From contig JANPLN010000031.1 in NCBI GenBank assembly GCA_031426555.1, positions 1 through 64,000 of the forward strand: a stretch of DNA of 64,000 bases. Reading direction: 5' to 3'. Made by a program: the position numbers and the translations under genes. Positions 1 to 10,343 of this stretch are shown here, piece by piece. Under the pieces are notes generated by a model that worked only from the letters and a program-made list of their open reading frames with translations, made no database searches and was not told the DNA's origin. This stretch comes from Bdellovibrionales bacterium. GTDB lineage: Bacteria > Bdellovibrionota > Bdellovibrionia > Bdellovibrionales > JAGQZY01. Numbering within the stretch: the first letter of the stretch is position 1; each line of letters starts with the position of its first letter.

Positions 1-1
1 G

Positions 2-877
2 CAAATCGTCACCACATCACAGTCCAACATTGCCAGTGCCCGAAATCGGGGAATTCAACAGGCCACCGGCGACGTGGTGTTGTTTTTAGACGAAGATTGT
101 TTTTTACCGCGCCCCAACTATTTACAAGATTTGGCGGATTCGCATCAGAAAAACCCCACCCTTGCTGGCGGTGGACTTTACCTCAATAAAAAAAATTCAT
201 CTCTGAGTGACCAATTTTATAATTTTGTATGTAATACTTGGGTAAAAAGTCGCCAAAATCTAAAGGAATCACCACCCGTCCTCCTTGGAGGATGCTGCTT
301 TTACCCACTTTCTCTTCTTAAAAAGCATCAAGTTTTTTTTGACGAACAAAATGCGAAAGCCGGTGAAGAATATCTTTTGAACTCTCAGTGGACCGAACTG
401 GGCTTTCCGCTGCTTCTGGCTGAGCGATGGAGTGTCGTTCATCGTCCCGAAACATCTTTTTATCAGGTGTTTAAAAAATCGTGGACCCAAGGCACTCAAA
501 TCCAACCGCAAAAAGCTTTTTTTCGATCGGAGCAGCTTAAGAGTGCCTGCAAATTTTTCTTAGCAGGAAACGAAACTAAACTGATCTATCTTCCATTGCT
601 GGGTCTTTATGGAACCATTGGGCGAACTTCTTTTCTAAAGCAATTCGCGCTGACCTACTACAGCCATTATACACACCAAAAGCGTAAAAAACGTGTGTTG
701 CCAGCATTCTTAAGAGAATCAAAAAAAACAATTGTAATTTCGGCCGACGTAGCGAGCAAAAAACACAAGCGGCTAAATAAAAACCAAAAAACACAAAAAA
801 CAATTTCTCAGACAGGCACCAGCTTACGAAGGCCAGTAGTAAAAATAAAACCGGTAGAATCGCTTTATAAGAATTAA
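2..877 (+). CDS. Glycosyltransferase family 2 (5'-partial, begins before window)
   Basis: Frame open from base 2: ...SARNRGIQQATGDVVLFLDEDC (GT2 ARNxG and DxD motifs). The K-rich tail after ~660 is antisense to the convergent gene. Confidence 0.8.
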   Translation, partial: QIVTTSQSNIASARNRGIQQATGDVVLFLDEDCFLPRPNYLQDLADSHQKNPTLAGGGLYLNKKNSSLSDQFYNFVCNTWVKSRQNLKESPPVLLGGCCFYPLSLLKKHQVFFDEQNAKAGEEYLLNSQWTELGFPLLLAERWSVVHRPETSFYQVFKKSWTQGTQIQPQKAFFRSEQLKSACKFFLAGNETKLIYLPLLGLYGTIGRTSFLKQFALTYYSHYTHQKRKKRVLPAFLRESKKTIVISADVASKKHKRLNKNQKTQKTISQTGTSLRRPVVKIKPVESLYKN

Positions 878-1595
878 GAAATCCATACCTGTAAAGGATC
901 TCTCCCCGAGCCGTACCATACAAAAACATTTTCCCGCACCACGACGGCAAAGAGGTTGGCAGCTGATGCTTGATTTTTAAATTGGGAATGTACTCAATTT
1001 TGAAGCCATGTTGCGCAAGCCGGCAGCTCAGATCGAGGTCCTCTCCCACTTTGGGGTGGAGGGACGAAAACCCTCCGACGCGCGTAACGCGTTCAAGATG
1101 GTAAATGATGTTGGCGGTGGGTAAGTGCTCAACATATTTTTTTTGTCTCTCGTTGTTTAAGTACGGGTTTCCAAAGTGCCCTAAAAATGTGGCAAACAGT
1201 CCTTGGTAAATAGTGGCTGCGCCGCCACTGATTTCCCACGGCCCGCCAAACGCGGCAACTCCTTCAACGTCTACTGCAATCCGCCGCTGGAGTTCAGAAA
1301 TCCAGTCATTATCAATTCGACAATCGGCATCAACAAAGCCCACCCATTTGGTCGCGCTGGTTTGCAGTGCCTGCTGTCGTGCTTGCGGGAGATGGTTTTG
1401 AACTCTCGTGAGGTATCTTGCACCATACTTAGCACTCAGTGCCTGGAGAGCCTGCGGCGATCCGTCCGTGGAACAATTATCAATGAGAAGAAATTCTATC
1501 GGAGGAGACATTTCCCGCAGCAAATGCAGGTTGTGTTCGATGGTCGAAAGATTTCTTTCTTCGTTGTAAACAACGGTGCAGATCGTTAGACTCAT
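576..1595 (-). CDS. Glycosyltransferase family 2 with C-terminal TM helices
   Basis: MSLTICTVVYNEE...IDNCSTDGS...FVDADC...GEDLDL; likely ATG at 1595. Confidence 0.88.
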   Translation of the reverse strand: MSLTICTVVYNEERNLSTIEHNLHLLREMSPPIEFLLIDNCSTDGSPQALQALSAKYGARYLTRVQNHLPQARQQALQTSATKWVGFVDADCRIDNDWISELQRRIAVDVEGVAAFGGPWEISGGAATIYQGLFATFLGHFGNPYLNNERQKKYVEHLPTANIIYHLERVTRVGGFSSLHPKVGEDLDLSCRLAQHGFKIEYIPNLKIKHQLPTSLPSWCGKMFLYGTARGEILYRYGFLNSYKAILPVLFLLLAFVSWCLSEKLFFVFFGFYLAACVFCSLRRPKLQLFFLILLRMLATHVFYAFGVYNGCSRSARIALEKKFAQWFHKDPAMEDRSV

Positions 1596-1607
1596 AGTTA
1601 AGTATAT

Positions 1608-3314
1608 ATGCGCACCGCCTTCGAAAAAGTTCAAACATTTTATTTGCTTCTTTGCTTAGCTTTGAGCGGGATGTTTCTATACCTCGCCACAGTCTGTTAT
1701 TTTTCTGATTCGGAAATATGGCTGCTTGCCGTGAGTAAAAAAGCATTTTCTCCGGGATCGCTTCAATCAGTCTATTACAAATGGGCTCTCCACGCCGTGG
1801 TTTTCGTTACGTCTTTTTGGTCGAAAAACAATCTTTTGATCTACGAGATTTCACGCATCGTGTTTGCATTCATCGCTCTCGCCTCCATTGCGCTGATTGC
1901 GACCTGCTTCTCCAAAATCTATCAAAAAAAACAACTCTGTCTGCCTATTTTTCTTGTCTGCCTCACTTCCAGCGTATTTTTTAATCAAGGCTTTCGCATC
2001 CGAGCCGATATCTTAGCTCTGTTTTTTCACGCCTGTTTTTTGCTGGCTGTTTTTAGTCATTTTAAAGAATTTAAAAAAATCGCTTTGCTTTTAACAATAG
2101 TTAACGCAATTCTTTTGCTCACCACGCCCAAATCTGTTATTTTCATCGCGCTGCATGTGCTGATCGGACTCTATTTTTTTTCGCAGGAAAGCAAAGTCCA
2201 CAAACATCTGGGTAAAAAAATCCTCGTTTCCATTCTGGCACCCTTGACCCTGGGCCTATTTGTTCTGTCCAGCTTGGCTTTTTTGCATCCGGACAACTCG
2301 ATTCTTTTGGCAATTCAATCGGCCGGTGATTTTTATCTAAAAAGTTTCGATCCGGCATTGGGCGGAGCAGATTTTTTCAGGTCGATGGACTTTATGTATG
2401 TTATCCGTTTCTTGCGGCTGAGCTTGGTCCACACTTTGCTTTTTTTAGGCTGGTTCATTTTATTTTTTCAAGATATTTTTTCGAAGAATAAAAATTCTCT
2501 GCATTCGTTTTTTCATATGTACTGTGCCTGTTTGCTTGGTTTAATTTTGCTGTACAATCAAAAGCTGCCATTTTTTCTTGGTCCATTTTTAACCCCGGTC
2601 ATTGCGATTCAATTTTGCTCTCTGGACCGATTTTTAAGTTCACGTCGTGTGATCAAGTGGCTTCCTCCTCTTCTGATCACTGTCGCCTGCTGGCTTTGCT
2701 GGAAACAATTTATGGTGAATATGCAATTTAATAGCAATACCCTACAAAAAGAATTTATTTCGCAATTGCAAACCTACAAGAAAAAAAATCCAGCGGTTTC
2801 AATTTACGATATCGTCGGCCTGCTTCCACAGGATAACACTTATTACCTTTTTATCGGACCTGGAGAAGTGTCCCGAAACCGCGACATTCTATCAAGGATT
2901 CAAGCAAATCCGCCGGATATTTACCTTTACACGTACAAAAATATTTTTTTTACTGAGGATCTTCAATCATTTTTACAGTACAACTATTTGGAATACTCTC
3001 CGGGCGTTTGGCTGAAGGCGCAACACTTGCAGACGGATCCAAAGCAGTCACCCCAAGCGAAAATTATCCAAATGAATAAAAAAAGTTACTGGCTGTTTCC
3101 GTTCAACAAACCGCATATCATTTACTCGCATCACACAAAAAGGGATATATTGAGCGAGTGCCTATTCCTGGACTCGGAGCTTCAGCTGACTCAAATTGCA
3201 ACACAATGGGTGGCTGTTCCACTCGCCCACACCAACTTTTCCATGGTCATGTTTCCAGCTCCAAAATTTTATCAGAATCCTTTTCAAGTGTTTCGTTTTG
3301 ACACAGCTTTTTAG
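1608..3314 (+). CDS. Polytopic membrane protein, GT-C/ArnT-PMT-like glycosyltransferase candidate
   Basis: About 10 hydrophobic segments, acidic first loop (YFSDSE), GFRIRAD motif, soluble C-terminal domain; next to GT2 genes. Confidence 0.5.
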   Translation: MRTAFEKVQTFYLLLCLALSGMFLYLATVCYFSDSEIWLLAVSKKAFSPGSLQSVYYKWALHAVVFVTSFWSKNNLLIYEISRIVFAFIALASIALIATCFSKIYQKKQLCLPIFLVCLTSSVFFNQGFRIRADILALFFHACFLLAVFSHFKEFKKIALLLTIVNAILLLTTPKSVIFIALHVLIGLYFFSQESKVHKHLGKKILVSILAPLTLGLFVLSSLAFLHPDNSILLAIQSAGDFYLKSFDPALGGADFFRSMDFMYVIRFLRLSLVHTLLFLGWFILFFQDIFSKNKNSLHSFFHMYCACLLGLILLYNQKLPFFLGPFLTPVIAIQFCSLDRFLSSRRVIKWLPPLLITVACWLCWKQFMVNMQFNSNTLQKEFISQLQTYKKKNPAVSIYDIVGLLPQDNTYYLFIGPGEVSRNRDILSRIQANPPDIYLYTYKNIFFTEDLQSFLQYNYLEYSPGVWLKAQHLQTDPKQSPQAKIIQMNKKSYWLFPFNKPHIIYSHHTKRDILSECLFLDSELQLTQIATQWVAVPLAHTNFSMVMFPAPKFYQNPFQVFRFDTAF

Positions 3315-3358
3315 CTAGACCATATTGAGTTTCTGTCAAATAAAACCGATACTTATTT

Positions 3359-5491
3359 ATGCTTTTCATCAAATCCCAAAAGGGGTTCTCTCTCATCGAA
3401 GCCGTTGTGGGAATGGTTTTACTTGCCATTTTGGTGGGTGCCGTTCTGACCGTCACCATGGGAGATAAAACGGCCGGACGAAAAAACCTCACCTTCAACG
3501 CAAGTTGCAAAGCCGAAGCGCAGAGATTGATGAGTGAATTTAAAGGCAAAGGGTTGATTCGAGATCATTACAGTTTTCCCTCTCAAGCCGCTGCACCTGC
3601 AGGTCCGGGAGGCGCTCTGCCTGCGCCGGGAACTCACGTCGTTGTTCCTATTGAGCCTTCTGCCGATGAGGTCGGATTGAACTTTGCAGATCGTTGGACT
3701 GATGCTGGATCCGCAGACGTCATCAACACACCTTTCACCACCGGAGATCCATCGTCAGCGTTGGCTGCAGATCTCACCATTCTTCGCCCTTATACATTAA
3801 TCATGGGCACCATTACGGCTCTCGAAACCATTCACAATAACTTTCCCGCCGTTTGCACAGCTCCAGGAATGCTAGCAACCTCTGCACCGGCTCCGCTGAG
3901 CACTATTTTTCCGAATCCATTCGGCGTTGAAGACTCCGCCATTTCCAACACAGGGCTCTTTAATCCGGACGCCTATCTGTATATTCGAATGTTTGATACG
4001 GCAACGGGCGCCCCGTTTGCACTGGATCCCTGCGGCGGGACTCACGATCATGTAGCTATGCCGAATAGCAGTCCCACAGGGATGCTTAACGTATTTCCTC
4101 CAGGAATGAATAGCGGCGTCAATTATCCACCGGGTGTACCAGTGCCGGGGATGAGAATCGGTCAAATCCACTCTGGTCCACCAGCGGTTCGGTTCAACGC
4201 CGGTTATGAAGTCACGATCACCATTGATTACGACGGGAGAGACGGCACTCGACCGTCTTGTTCAGTCACCGAAAAATTCCAATATCCGTTAAACATGGCC
4301 GACCCAACAAGACCACTTTTGCTTCGCGATTTGGACCTCCCAGACGAAAACGCCGGTGCGGACGATTTCGACACGTCCGAAGCAATCAATTCCTTTATTC
4401 CAACAGCGATGCCGACAACGTCTCCCTCGGTGGCCGCGAGCATCGATTGGGGGGCCAATGGAGGCACCAGCCCCTTTCTCGCTTGCAACGATGCCAATCC
4501 GCGCACACTCAACTTTCGCGTTGCCAATGCGCGACCGGGAAGTGTTTTTATGTGCCGAAATCTCACGCGCCAAAGAAGCCTCAACGACACCGCCGGACTC
4601 AACACACACAACATCACCACAATTACGGCCAACCGGCACCGCTTGAATGTTTTAACACCCAGAGGACTTCGGCAGTCGTTTTACTCGTCTGAACTCAATC
4701 AAAATACCACAAGCTATGACAACGACGACACCTCGGTGACAAACGCCGACCGACCCGCGGCGGGCCCTAATGCGTTTGGCTTTCGACAGTTTAACGGTTT
4801 GTATTACCCCTTCGGTTCGTATTTTTGCGACACAACAGCAAATTGTCCTAATCTTCCACGCTTTAACACCCAAGGCACCGCCTTAACAATAGGAAATTAC
4901 GATGTGTATTTTCCGTCGCGACACAGCTCGCAGCTAAATACGCCCTGGGACCCTAATTTAAAAACGGGACGATGGGTTCCGTGCGAGCATGCGCAAATTT
5001 CCTGTGCGACCGATGATTATTCGGCCTCAGGGTTTCCCAATGAAAAGCTCTTCAGTCCCAGAACAGAATTTGTCAAAGGCTCCGGAACCGTGGCCGACGG
5101 TTACCATATTACCTACGGTCTCGCGCCCGCCGACCTTTTACCCGCCGGCTGCGAAGTGCACATGCAGGTGGCGGAAGTGGATTCTGCTTACAACGTTCGA
5201 ACCATCGAGTTTTATGAATACACTCAAGAAGCCGCTCCCGGAAATCGTCTTGTACACATCGCAACTCGACCGCCCCAAGAATGGAATTTTAATTGTTTTC
5301 CGTCGGGAAATGCGACGTTGGACCCTGCCGTTCCGTGCCCCATCAGCACAGCGCGCACAGCGGGTTTTCCACAGGTGGCCGCGACCTACGACGTCAGCGG
5401 TCCTACGTGCTATGTCAATTATCCAGGTTCACCCGTGGGAACAGGCGGCGTATGGAAGGCCAACCCGGCCACAACCGAAGCGGGCCCTTAA
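3359..5491 (+). CDS. Large prepilin-type N-terminal cleavage/methylation protein (minor pilin/adhesin-like)
   Basis: KSQKG|FSLIEAVVGMVLLAILVGAV class III signal with Glu5, then ~680 aa Pro/Thr/Cys-rich domain. Confidence 0.8.
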   Translation: MLFIKSQKGFSLIEAVVGMVLLAILVGAVLTVTMGDKTAGRKNLTFNASCKAEAQRLMSEFKGKGLIRDHYSFPSQAAAPAGPGGALPAPGTHVVVPIEPSADEVGLNFADRWTDAGSADVINTPFTTGDPSSALAADLTILRPYTLIMGTITALETIHNNFPAVCTAPGMLATSAPAPLSTIFPNPFGVEDSAISNTGLFNPDAYLYIRMFDTATGAPFALDPCGGTHDHVAMPNSSPTGMLNVFPPGMNSGVNYPPGVPVPGMRIGQIHSGPPAVRFNAGYEVTITIDYDGRDGTRPSCSVTEKFQYPLNMADPTRPLLLRDLDLPDENAGADDFDTSEAINSFIPTAMPTTSPSVAASIDWGANGGTSPFLACNDANPRTLNFRVANARPGSVFMCRNLTRQRSLNDTAGLNTHNITTITANRHRLNVLTPRGLRQSFYSSELNQNTTSYDNDDTSVTNADRPAAGPNAFGFRQFNGLYYPFGSYFCDTTANCPNLPRFNTQGTALTIGNYDVYFPSRHSSQLNTPWDPNLKTGRWVPCEHAQISCATDDYSASGFPNEKLFSPRTEFVKGSGTVADGYHITYGLAPADLLPAGCEVHMQVAEVDSAYNVRTIEFYEYTQEAAPGNRLVHIATRPPQEWNFNCFPSGNATLDPAVPCPISTARTAGFPQVAATYDVSGPTCYVNYPGSPVGTGGVWKANPATTEAGP

Positions 5492-5527
5492 ATAATCTGA
5501 TTGGGAGTTCCGAGCAATTGTTAGAAC

Positions 5528-7099
5528 CTACTTTTTAAAACGGCTTTGCAAACGCTTAAATAACCACTGCGCTTCTTCCACGCGGAGTATTCGAGCCGCA
5601 ACAAAAAATAAAACGCCGCTTAAAAAAACCACTGAGAACAACGCAATTGCTTTTTCTAAATAATGGGTCGGCGCAAATAAAGTACTTTGCAACCAACAAA
5701 CGCCAACAATGGCGGTGCTGGCTAGGAGTATTTTTACGCAAAACCAAAAGAGCTCAGCGAAGTACAAACTCCCGTGGCGCACGTAAAACCAAATCACCAA
5801 GGCAAAACAATTGATAAACGTACTAAAAGCCGTGGAGATCACCAGGCCCTGCACGCCCCACCGGCGCATCAGGAACGGCGCCACAAAAAGATGGATCACA
5901 AAGCCCGCCGTCGCGGCTAGCGCCGGAATGACTGTGCTTTTTTCGGCATAAAAGGCTTGTCCCAAAACCCGGGTCAATGAAGCTCCTATCAGCGTAAATG
6001 CATAGACTTTTACTATGGCTGCAACGATCAATGTTTCCTTTGCCGCAAAGGCGTCCCCCTCGTAAAGAACAGCCACAACAAGCTCGGAGGTCATCCACAT
6101 GCCAACAGACGCAGGAATACACAATAAAAGAAGAAGTTTTATGTTTTTAAAAAGCTCAAACTTAAAAGCAGTCTCATCGTTTTGACTAATGGCTTCGGAG
6201 AGGGTTGGCAAAATTGCGGTGCCCAAACTGACTGCCACTAAAGATAGAGGCAACTCTAGCAAGCGATCTGCCAAGTAGATGAAGGTCACGGAGCCTTCAG
6301 GTAATTCACTGGCAAAGGACGTGTTCACTAACGCCATAAATTGAATAATTCCCAAACCAAAGACGCTTGGTAAAAAGGCCCGCAAAGTTCTTTTGACTGG
6401 AACCGAAATCAAACTGCTCCACATCCATACGAAAGGCACTTTCAGCTTTAAAAATGATGGAATCAAAACTACAAATTGCACAAACCCGCCTGCAATCACC
6501 GACCACGATAATAAAATCGGCGAAATAAAATCGGCGTAGTAGCAATACAAACTTGCGATGACAATGATCAGATTAAAAAATAACGGCGCCATTGACGACA
6601 GCCAAAACTGTTTATGCGCATTGAGCACCGCCATCACGTAGGCGTACAAAACCATTAACAGCAAAAATGGAAACATGATTTTGGTCATGCTAATGGTCAG
6701 ATCCACTTTGCCGGGAACATCGACAAAACCGTCTCCGTGCATCGTATAACGAATGATCGGATCCATTCCGCAAATAATCAAAACCGTTAACGGTAGCAAA
6801 ACAACTAATAGCAAACCCAATACACCCGCCGTCAGTTGGCCGAGGGCGTTCTCATCTTTACGATCTTTGTACTCCGTGTAGAGCGGAATAAAGCAGGCAG
6901 AAAGCGCTCCTTCACCAAAAATACGACGGAAAAAGTTGGGAAATCGAAAGGCCGCCAACCAGGCATCGGAAATCGTGGGTCCGAAAATATTAATGAGCAG
7001 GCGGTCGCGCACCAGCCCTATCACGCGGCTCATAAGCGTGCCCGATGCAAAATAAATAGCTGATTTTGCTACGGAATTTTTTATTTTTTGTTCGCCCAT
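5528..7099 (-). CDS. murJ: Lipid II flippase MurJ
   Basis: SRVIGLVRD, AFRFPNFFRRIFGEGALSACFIP, YLADRLLELPLSL motifs; ATG at 7099. Confidence 0.95.
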   Translation of the reverse strand: MGEQKIKNSVAKSAIYFASGTLMSRVIGLVRDRLLINIFGPTISDAWLAAFRFPNFFRRIFGEGALSACFIPLYTEYKDRKDENALGQLTAGVLGLLLVVLLPLTVLIICGMDPIIRYTMHGDGFVDVPGKVDLTISMTKIMFPFLLLMVLYAYVMAVLNAHKQFWLSSMAPLFFNLIIVIASLYCYYADFISPILLSWSVIAGGFVQFVVLIPSFLKLKVPFVWMWSSLISVPVKRTLRAFLPSVFGLGIIQFMALVNTSFASELPEGSVTFIYLADRLLELPLSLVAVSLGTAILPTLSEAISQNDETAFKFELFKNIKLLLLLCIPASVGMWMTSELVVAVLYEGDAFAAKETLIVAAIVKVYAFTLIGASLTRVLGQAFYAEKSTVIPALAATAGFVIHLFVAPFLMRRWGVQGLVISTAFSTFINCFALVIWFYVRHGSLYFAELFWFCVKILLASTAIVGVCWLQSTLFAPTHYLEKAIALFSVVFLSGVLFFVAARILRVEEAQWLFKRLQSRFKK

Positions 7100-7219
7100 C
7101 GTCGACGGATGCGTCGGTTTTTTAGCTGACAACTCGTGAACCCTCAAAGGCAAAAAGGCTTGTATCCCCGCGTCTTTTATAATAGAAACTTCCATTCAGA
7201 CTACTGTGGAGGAATTACC

Positions 7220-7477
7220 TTGGCAAATATTAAGTCAGCCGAAAAGCAAGCACGTCAGGCTCTTGTAAGAAAAGACCGCAACCAAAAAACAAAGAGTGCT
7301 GTTCGCACTGCTGAAAAAAAGCTGCGCACAGCCATCGCCACAGGTGATAAGGACGCAAAAGCCGCAGCCCTCAGCGCCTTTTCTAGCGCCATCGATAAAG
7401 CCGCTCAAAAAGGCGTTTACAAACGTCAAACGGCGTCTCGTAAAATCGGCCGCATGAGCATCCAAGTCGGCAAATAG
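7220..7477 (+). CDS. rpsT: 30S ribosomal protein S20
   Basis: TTG start after GGAGG; (M)ANIKSAEKQARQ...IDKAAQKGVYKRQTASRKIGR. Confidence 0.95.
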   Translation: MANIKSAEKQARQALVRKDRNQKTKSAVRTAEKKLRTAIATGDKDAKAAALSAFSSAIDKAAQKGVYKRQTASRKIGRMSIQVGK

Positions 7478-7519
7478 GTACCAAGTACCTTTTCCGTGAG
7501 CCTATTGGTTCTCACGGAA
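7476..7519 (+). terminator. Tandem hairpins after rpsT (possible terminator or stabiliser)
   Basis: AGGTAC-caa-GTACCT, then TTCCGTGAG-n10-CTCACGGAA; no clear U-tract. Confidence 0.35.
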
Positions 7520-7675
7520 CGTAGATGTGGGAGCCACATAGCTCCTTCTCAATTGTCAGATCTACGACCTGCCTTCTATATTCTTTACAAGTCCCATTTC
7601 AATGAGCACCCCTTAAAGATAAAATCGTAGCAACCTTCACAAACGCTGAAGTCACTATATCTGCGGGAGCAATCA

Positions 7676-8722
7676 ATGCGCACTTTCAATTTTTTACTCA
7701 CCCTTCTTATCTCAACGTCGGTCTTTGCAGGAGACCTTTCGTTTTCCGTCGTTTTTCCAGAGTTTGCAAAACTGAATATTGCTGCCAACGTGGAAAAGAA
7801 AGAGTCTAAAAGGTTTGCCGAACTCGGTTACGAGCAAGACCGCTATTATCTTTCTGTCAATCTTGGGAAAATTTCCCAAACTCAATTCAATTCTCTCCAA
7901 GCCTTTTACGGCTCTCGATCGCAAGTAAGCTACGAAAGCACTCGCAACTATGATTTAAGCGACTTTCTTCCTCCAAGCATTCAGGCTGTGACCAATCAGA
8001 CATTCGCACCCATTGAGTACTCGTTTGGTGCTCTGCACGAAGCAACAGAGTATGATTATTTACAAGATACTGACAGCGCTGTGGATCTTTGGGCATTATC
8101 TAAAAATGGATTGATGACTCAAACAAACTGCTGGAATACGACATTTGAAAACCTAAATGCTATTCTATTTAATAAAACAACGTATCGCCTTTTTTTACCA
8201 GGCCGTTGGACCGCAAATGATGAAGTAGACTCTTCATCACAGCTTATTCAAGAAAAAGATTTACAGCCTTGGGACATGCTTATTATTCGTGAAAAATCAT
8301 CTGTCGCCCCCGACACCGCAATGCTTATGCACACGGCTCTGTTCATAAATAAAAATGTCGTATTTGAAAAAACCGACACTTCCGAAAATGATCCTTACCG
8401 ACTCTCTCTTGTTCAAGATGTGCTCACGAAGTACAAAGAAGTTTTTGGTGATCAACTCGTTGTTGAGCATCGTCGAGCCACGCAGCCGTTGTTCAACGAA
8501 ATTCCCTATATGAATGATCCAATCATTCAGGAGATTATCAAAAAATACCATCCCGATGTTAATACCAACTTTATCGCGTCTGGCTGTGAGACTGGGATGG
8601 GTGGAGGTTGTGATATGTACTTAGAAGCCGTTGTACCCACCGAAATCATCATCTACAAAAAAACAGGACGTGGAATTCTTAAAGGTCCAAAAAACGCTTT
8701 GGACCGTTTTTCACCACTTTAA
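7676..8722 (+). CDS. Secreted hypothetical protein, possibly NlpC/P60-like fold
   Basis: Signal peptide (SVFA|G); TNCWN and LMHTALFI could form a Cys-His pair. Confidence 0.55.
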   Translation: MRTFNFLLTLLISTSVFAGDLSFSVVFPEFAKLNIAANVEKKESKRFAELGYEQDRYYLSVNLGKISQTQFNSLQAFYGSRSQVSYESTRNYDLSDFLPPSIQAVTNQTFAPIEYSFGALHEATEYDYLQDTDSAVDLWALSKNGLMTQTNCWNTTFENLNAILFNKTTYRLFLPGRWTANDEVDSSSQLIQEKDLQPWDMLIIREKSSVAPDTAMLMHTALFINKNVVFEKTDTSENDPYRLSLVQDVLTKYKEVFGDQLVVEHRRATQPLFNEIPYMNDPIIQEIIKKYHPDVNTNFIASGCETGMGGGCDMYLEAVVPTEIIIYKKTGRGILKGPKNALDRFSPL

Positions 8723-8745
8723 CCGGAGTCCATGCGGACGACGCC

Positions 8746-9738
8746 CTACAGGCAGGTTTGCAGAACAAAATTTTCCAACCAAATATGCGACGACATGGGC
8801 GACGATTTGAGCGCTCTATCGGTATCGACCAACGCCTTAAACGCATTTTCGATTTTCTTTTCACTCCAGCCCCGAGCTTGGCTTTCGTATTCTTGCAAAA
8901 AGTACGGAGACACTCCCACTTTGGCTGCCATTTGCGGGCCACGCAAACCTTCGCGCTGCGCTTTGCGCACGGCCCGTAAAATTCGCACGTGCCGAGAGAC
9001 CAGTGCAAGAATTCCCACTTCATTCTGTCCATGGGACAACAGCTGGGATAAACACAGCAGTGCGCGCGCCTTGTCCCCTTCGCCGATGGCACGGGCCAAA
9101 TCGAAAACCGATTGCACTTTGATTTTCGAAACAACTTCGATCACATCTTTCACAAGAATCTGATTTCGCTCGCCGATATACTGCGACAGCTTGATCACTT
9201 CGCCTTCAAGATCCTTCAGCTGGCTACCAACAAACTGATGCAACAACTGAATCGCATCGGGCTCTATGGTCACTTCGCTTTTTTGCGCCATGTACTGAAT
9301 CCAACTGGGCACTTGATTGTCGTAGGGCTTTTTAAACTCCAAAGCTTCGGTTTTTTCGAGGAGAAGCTTGTGGGCTTTTTTTCGTTTATCCAGAGTACGT
9401 GCGGTTAACACCACAACTGAGGACTCCGAGGGGTTGCCAATGTAGCTGGTTAGCACATCCCAATCGGCCTCTGTCCACTTCTCAATACCTTTTACGATGA
9501 CCAATCGGCGCGCCGACATCATGGGCAAAGTTTCGGCCACATCGAAGATTTGCGAGGTTGGAGTTTCCTTGGCGTAGTAGGAATCGTAGTTGAAGTCCCG
9601 GGTACCGCCGTCGAGGACAACATTTTCGAGAACCCGCAGGGCTTCTTGCACAAAAAATTCTTCTTCGCCAAAAAATAAATAAATCGGACAAATTTTAGCT
9701 TTTAATGTTTTTTCAAAGGACGAAAGTTGAAACTCCAT
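8746..9738 (-). CDS. holA: DNA polymerase III subunit delta
   Basis: PIYLFFGEEEF, ETLPMMSARRLVIVK, EVIKL, DRALKSS; follows lptE. Confidence 0.93.
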   Translation of the reverse strand: MEFQLSSFEKTLKAKICPIYLFFGEEEFFVQEALRVLENVVLDGGTRDFNYDSYYAKETPTSQIFDVAETLPMMSARRLVIVKGIEKWTEADWDVLTSYIGNPSESSVVVLTARTLDKRKKAHKLLLEKTEALEFKKPYDNQVPSWIQYMAQKSEVTIEPDAIQLLHQFVGSQLKDLEGEVIKLSQYIGERNQILVKDVIEVVSKIKVQSVFDLARAIGEGDKARALLCLSQLLSHGQNEVGILALVSRHVRILRAVRKAQREGLRGPQMAAKVGVSPYFLQEYESQARGWSEKKIENAFKALVDTDRALKSSPMSSHIWLENFVLQTCL

Positions 9739-10290
9739 TTAAAAATTCTCCGTCATATCAGCCATCACTTCGGTGGCCATATCCTTGGCGATCAACTTCA
9801 TCACTTGCCGACGGGCGCTTTGATTGTAAATCGGGTTGGCGGTGCTTAAGCCAAGCACTCTTAACTGTGGTGCTTTGTAGTTTCGTTCCCCGAGGATCTG
9901 CCCCTGCCATAGTTCCTTTTTTTGTTTGTCTAGCAAACGGAAGACCACATTGACATGGGTTTGATACTCCGAAATCAAACTTCGATCTTGTCCTGGCACC
10001 GTCTGAAAACTCACGGCCGATTTACCGAGATAGGAAACCGCGTGAATCACCGCTTCTAAGACCACTTCCGCGTTGCCTTCAGTGGTCACCGTGGCCACGC
10101 CGGTGCGCGCGAGCTCCTGAATACACGCATTGGTAAAGTCGGATTCAATTCCCACTTCGTGGGTTCTGTTTTCGAAAATTTTTACATGGATTTTTTCATA
10201 TCCGCCGGGAAGCTGCCTTTGGTGAGGTCCAAAGCGATAGGCGCAGGAGCACAGGCTCATACAGAATAAAATTAGCAGCGCTTTTTTCAT
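9739..10290 (-). CDS. lptE: LPS assembly lipoprotein LptE
   Basis: Lipobox LCSC-AYRF, FENRT motif, position upstream of holA. Confidence 0.8.
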   Translation of the reverse strand: MKKALLILFCMSLCSCAYRFGPHQRQLPGGYEKIHVKIFENRTHEVGIESDFTNACIQELARTGVATVTTEGNAEVVLEAVIHAVSYLGKSAVSFQTVPGQDRSLISEYQTHVNVVFRLLDKQKKELWQGQILGERNYKAPQLRVLGLSTANPIYNQSARRQVMKLIAKDMATEVMADMTENF

Positions 10291-10343
10291 GCTCAAATAA
10301 GCTACCTTTTGACTTTTGCGCTTTCAAGGCAGAAATTAAAAAA

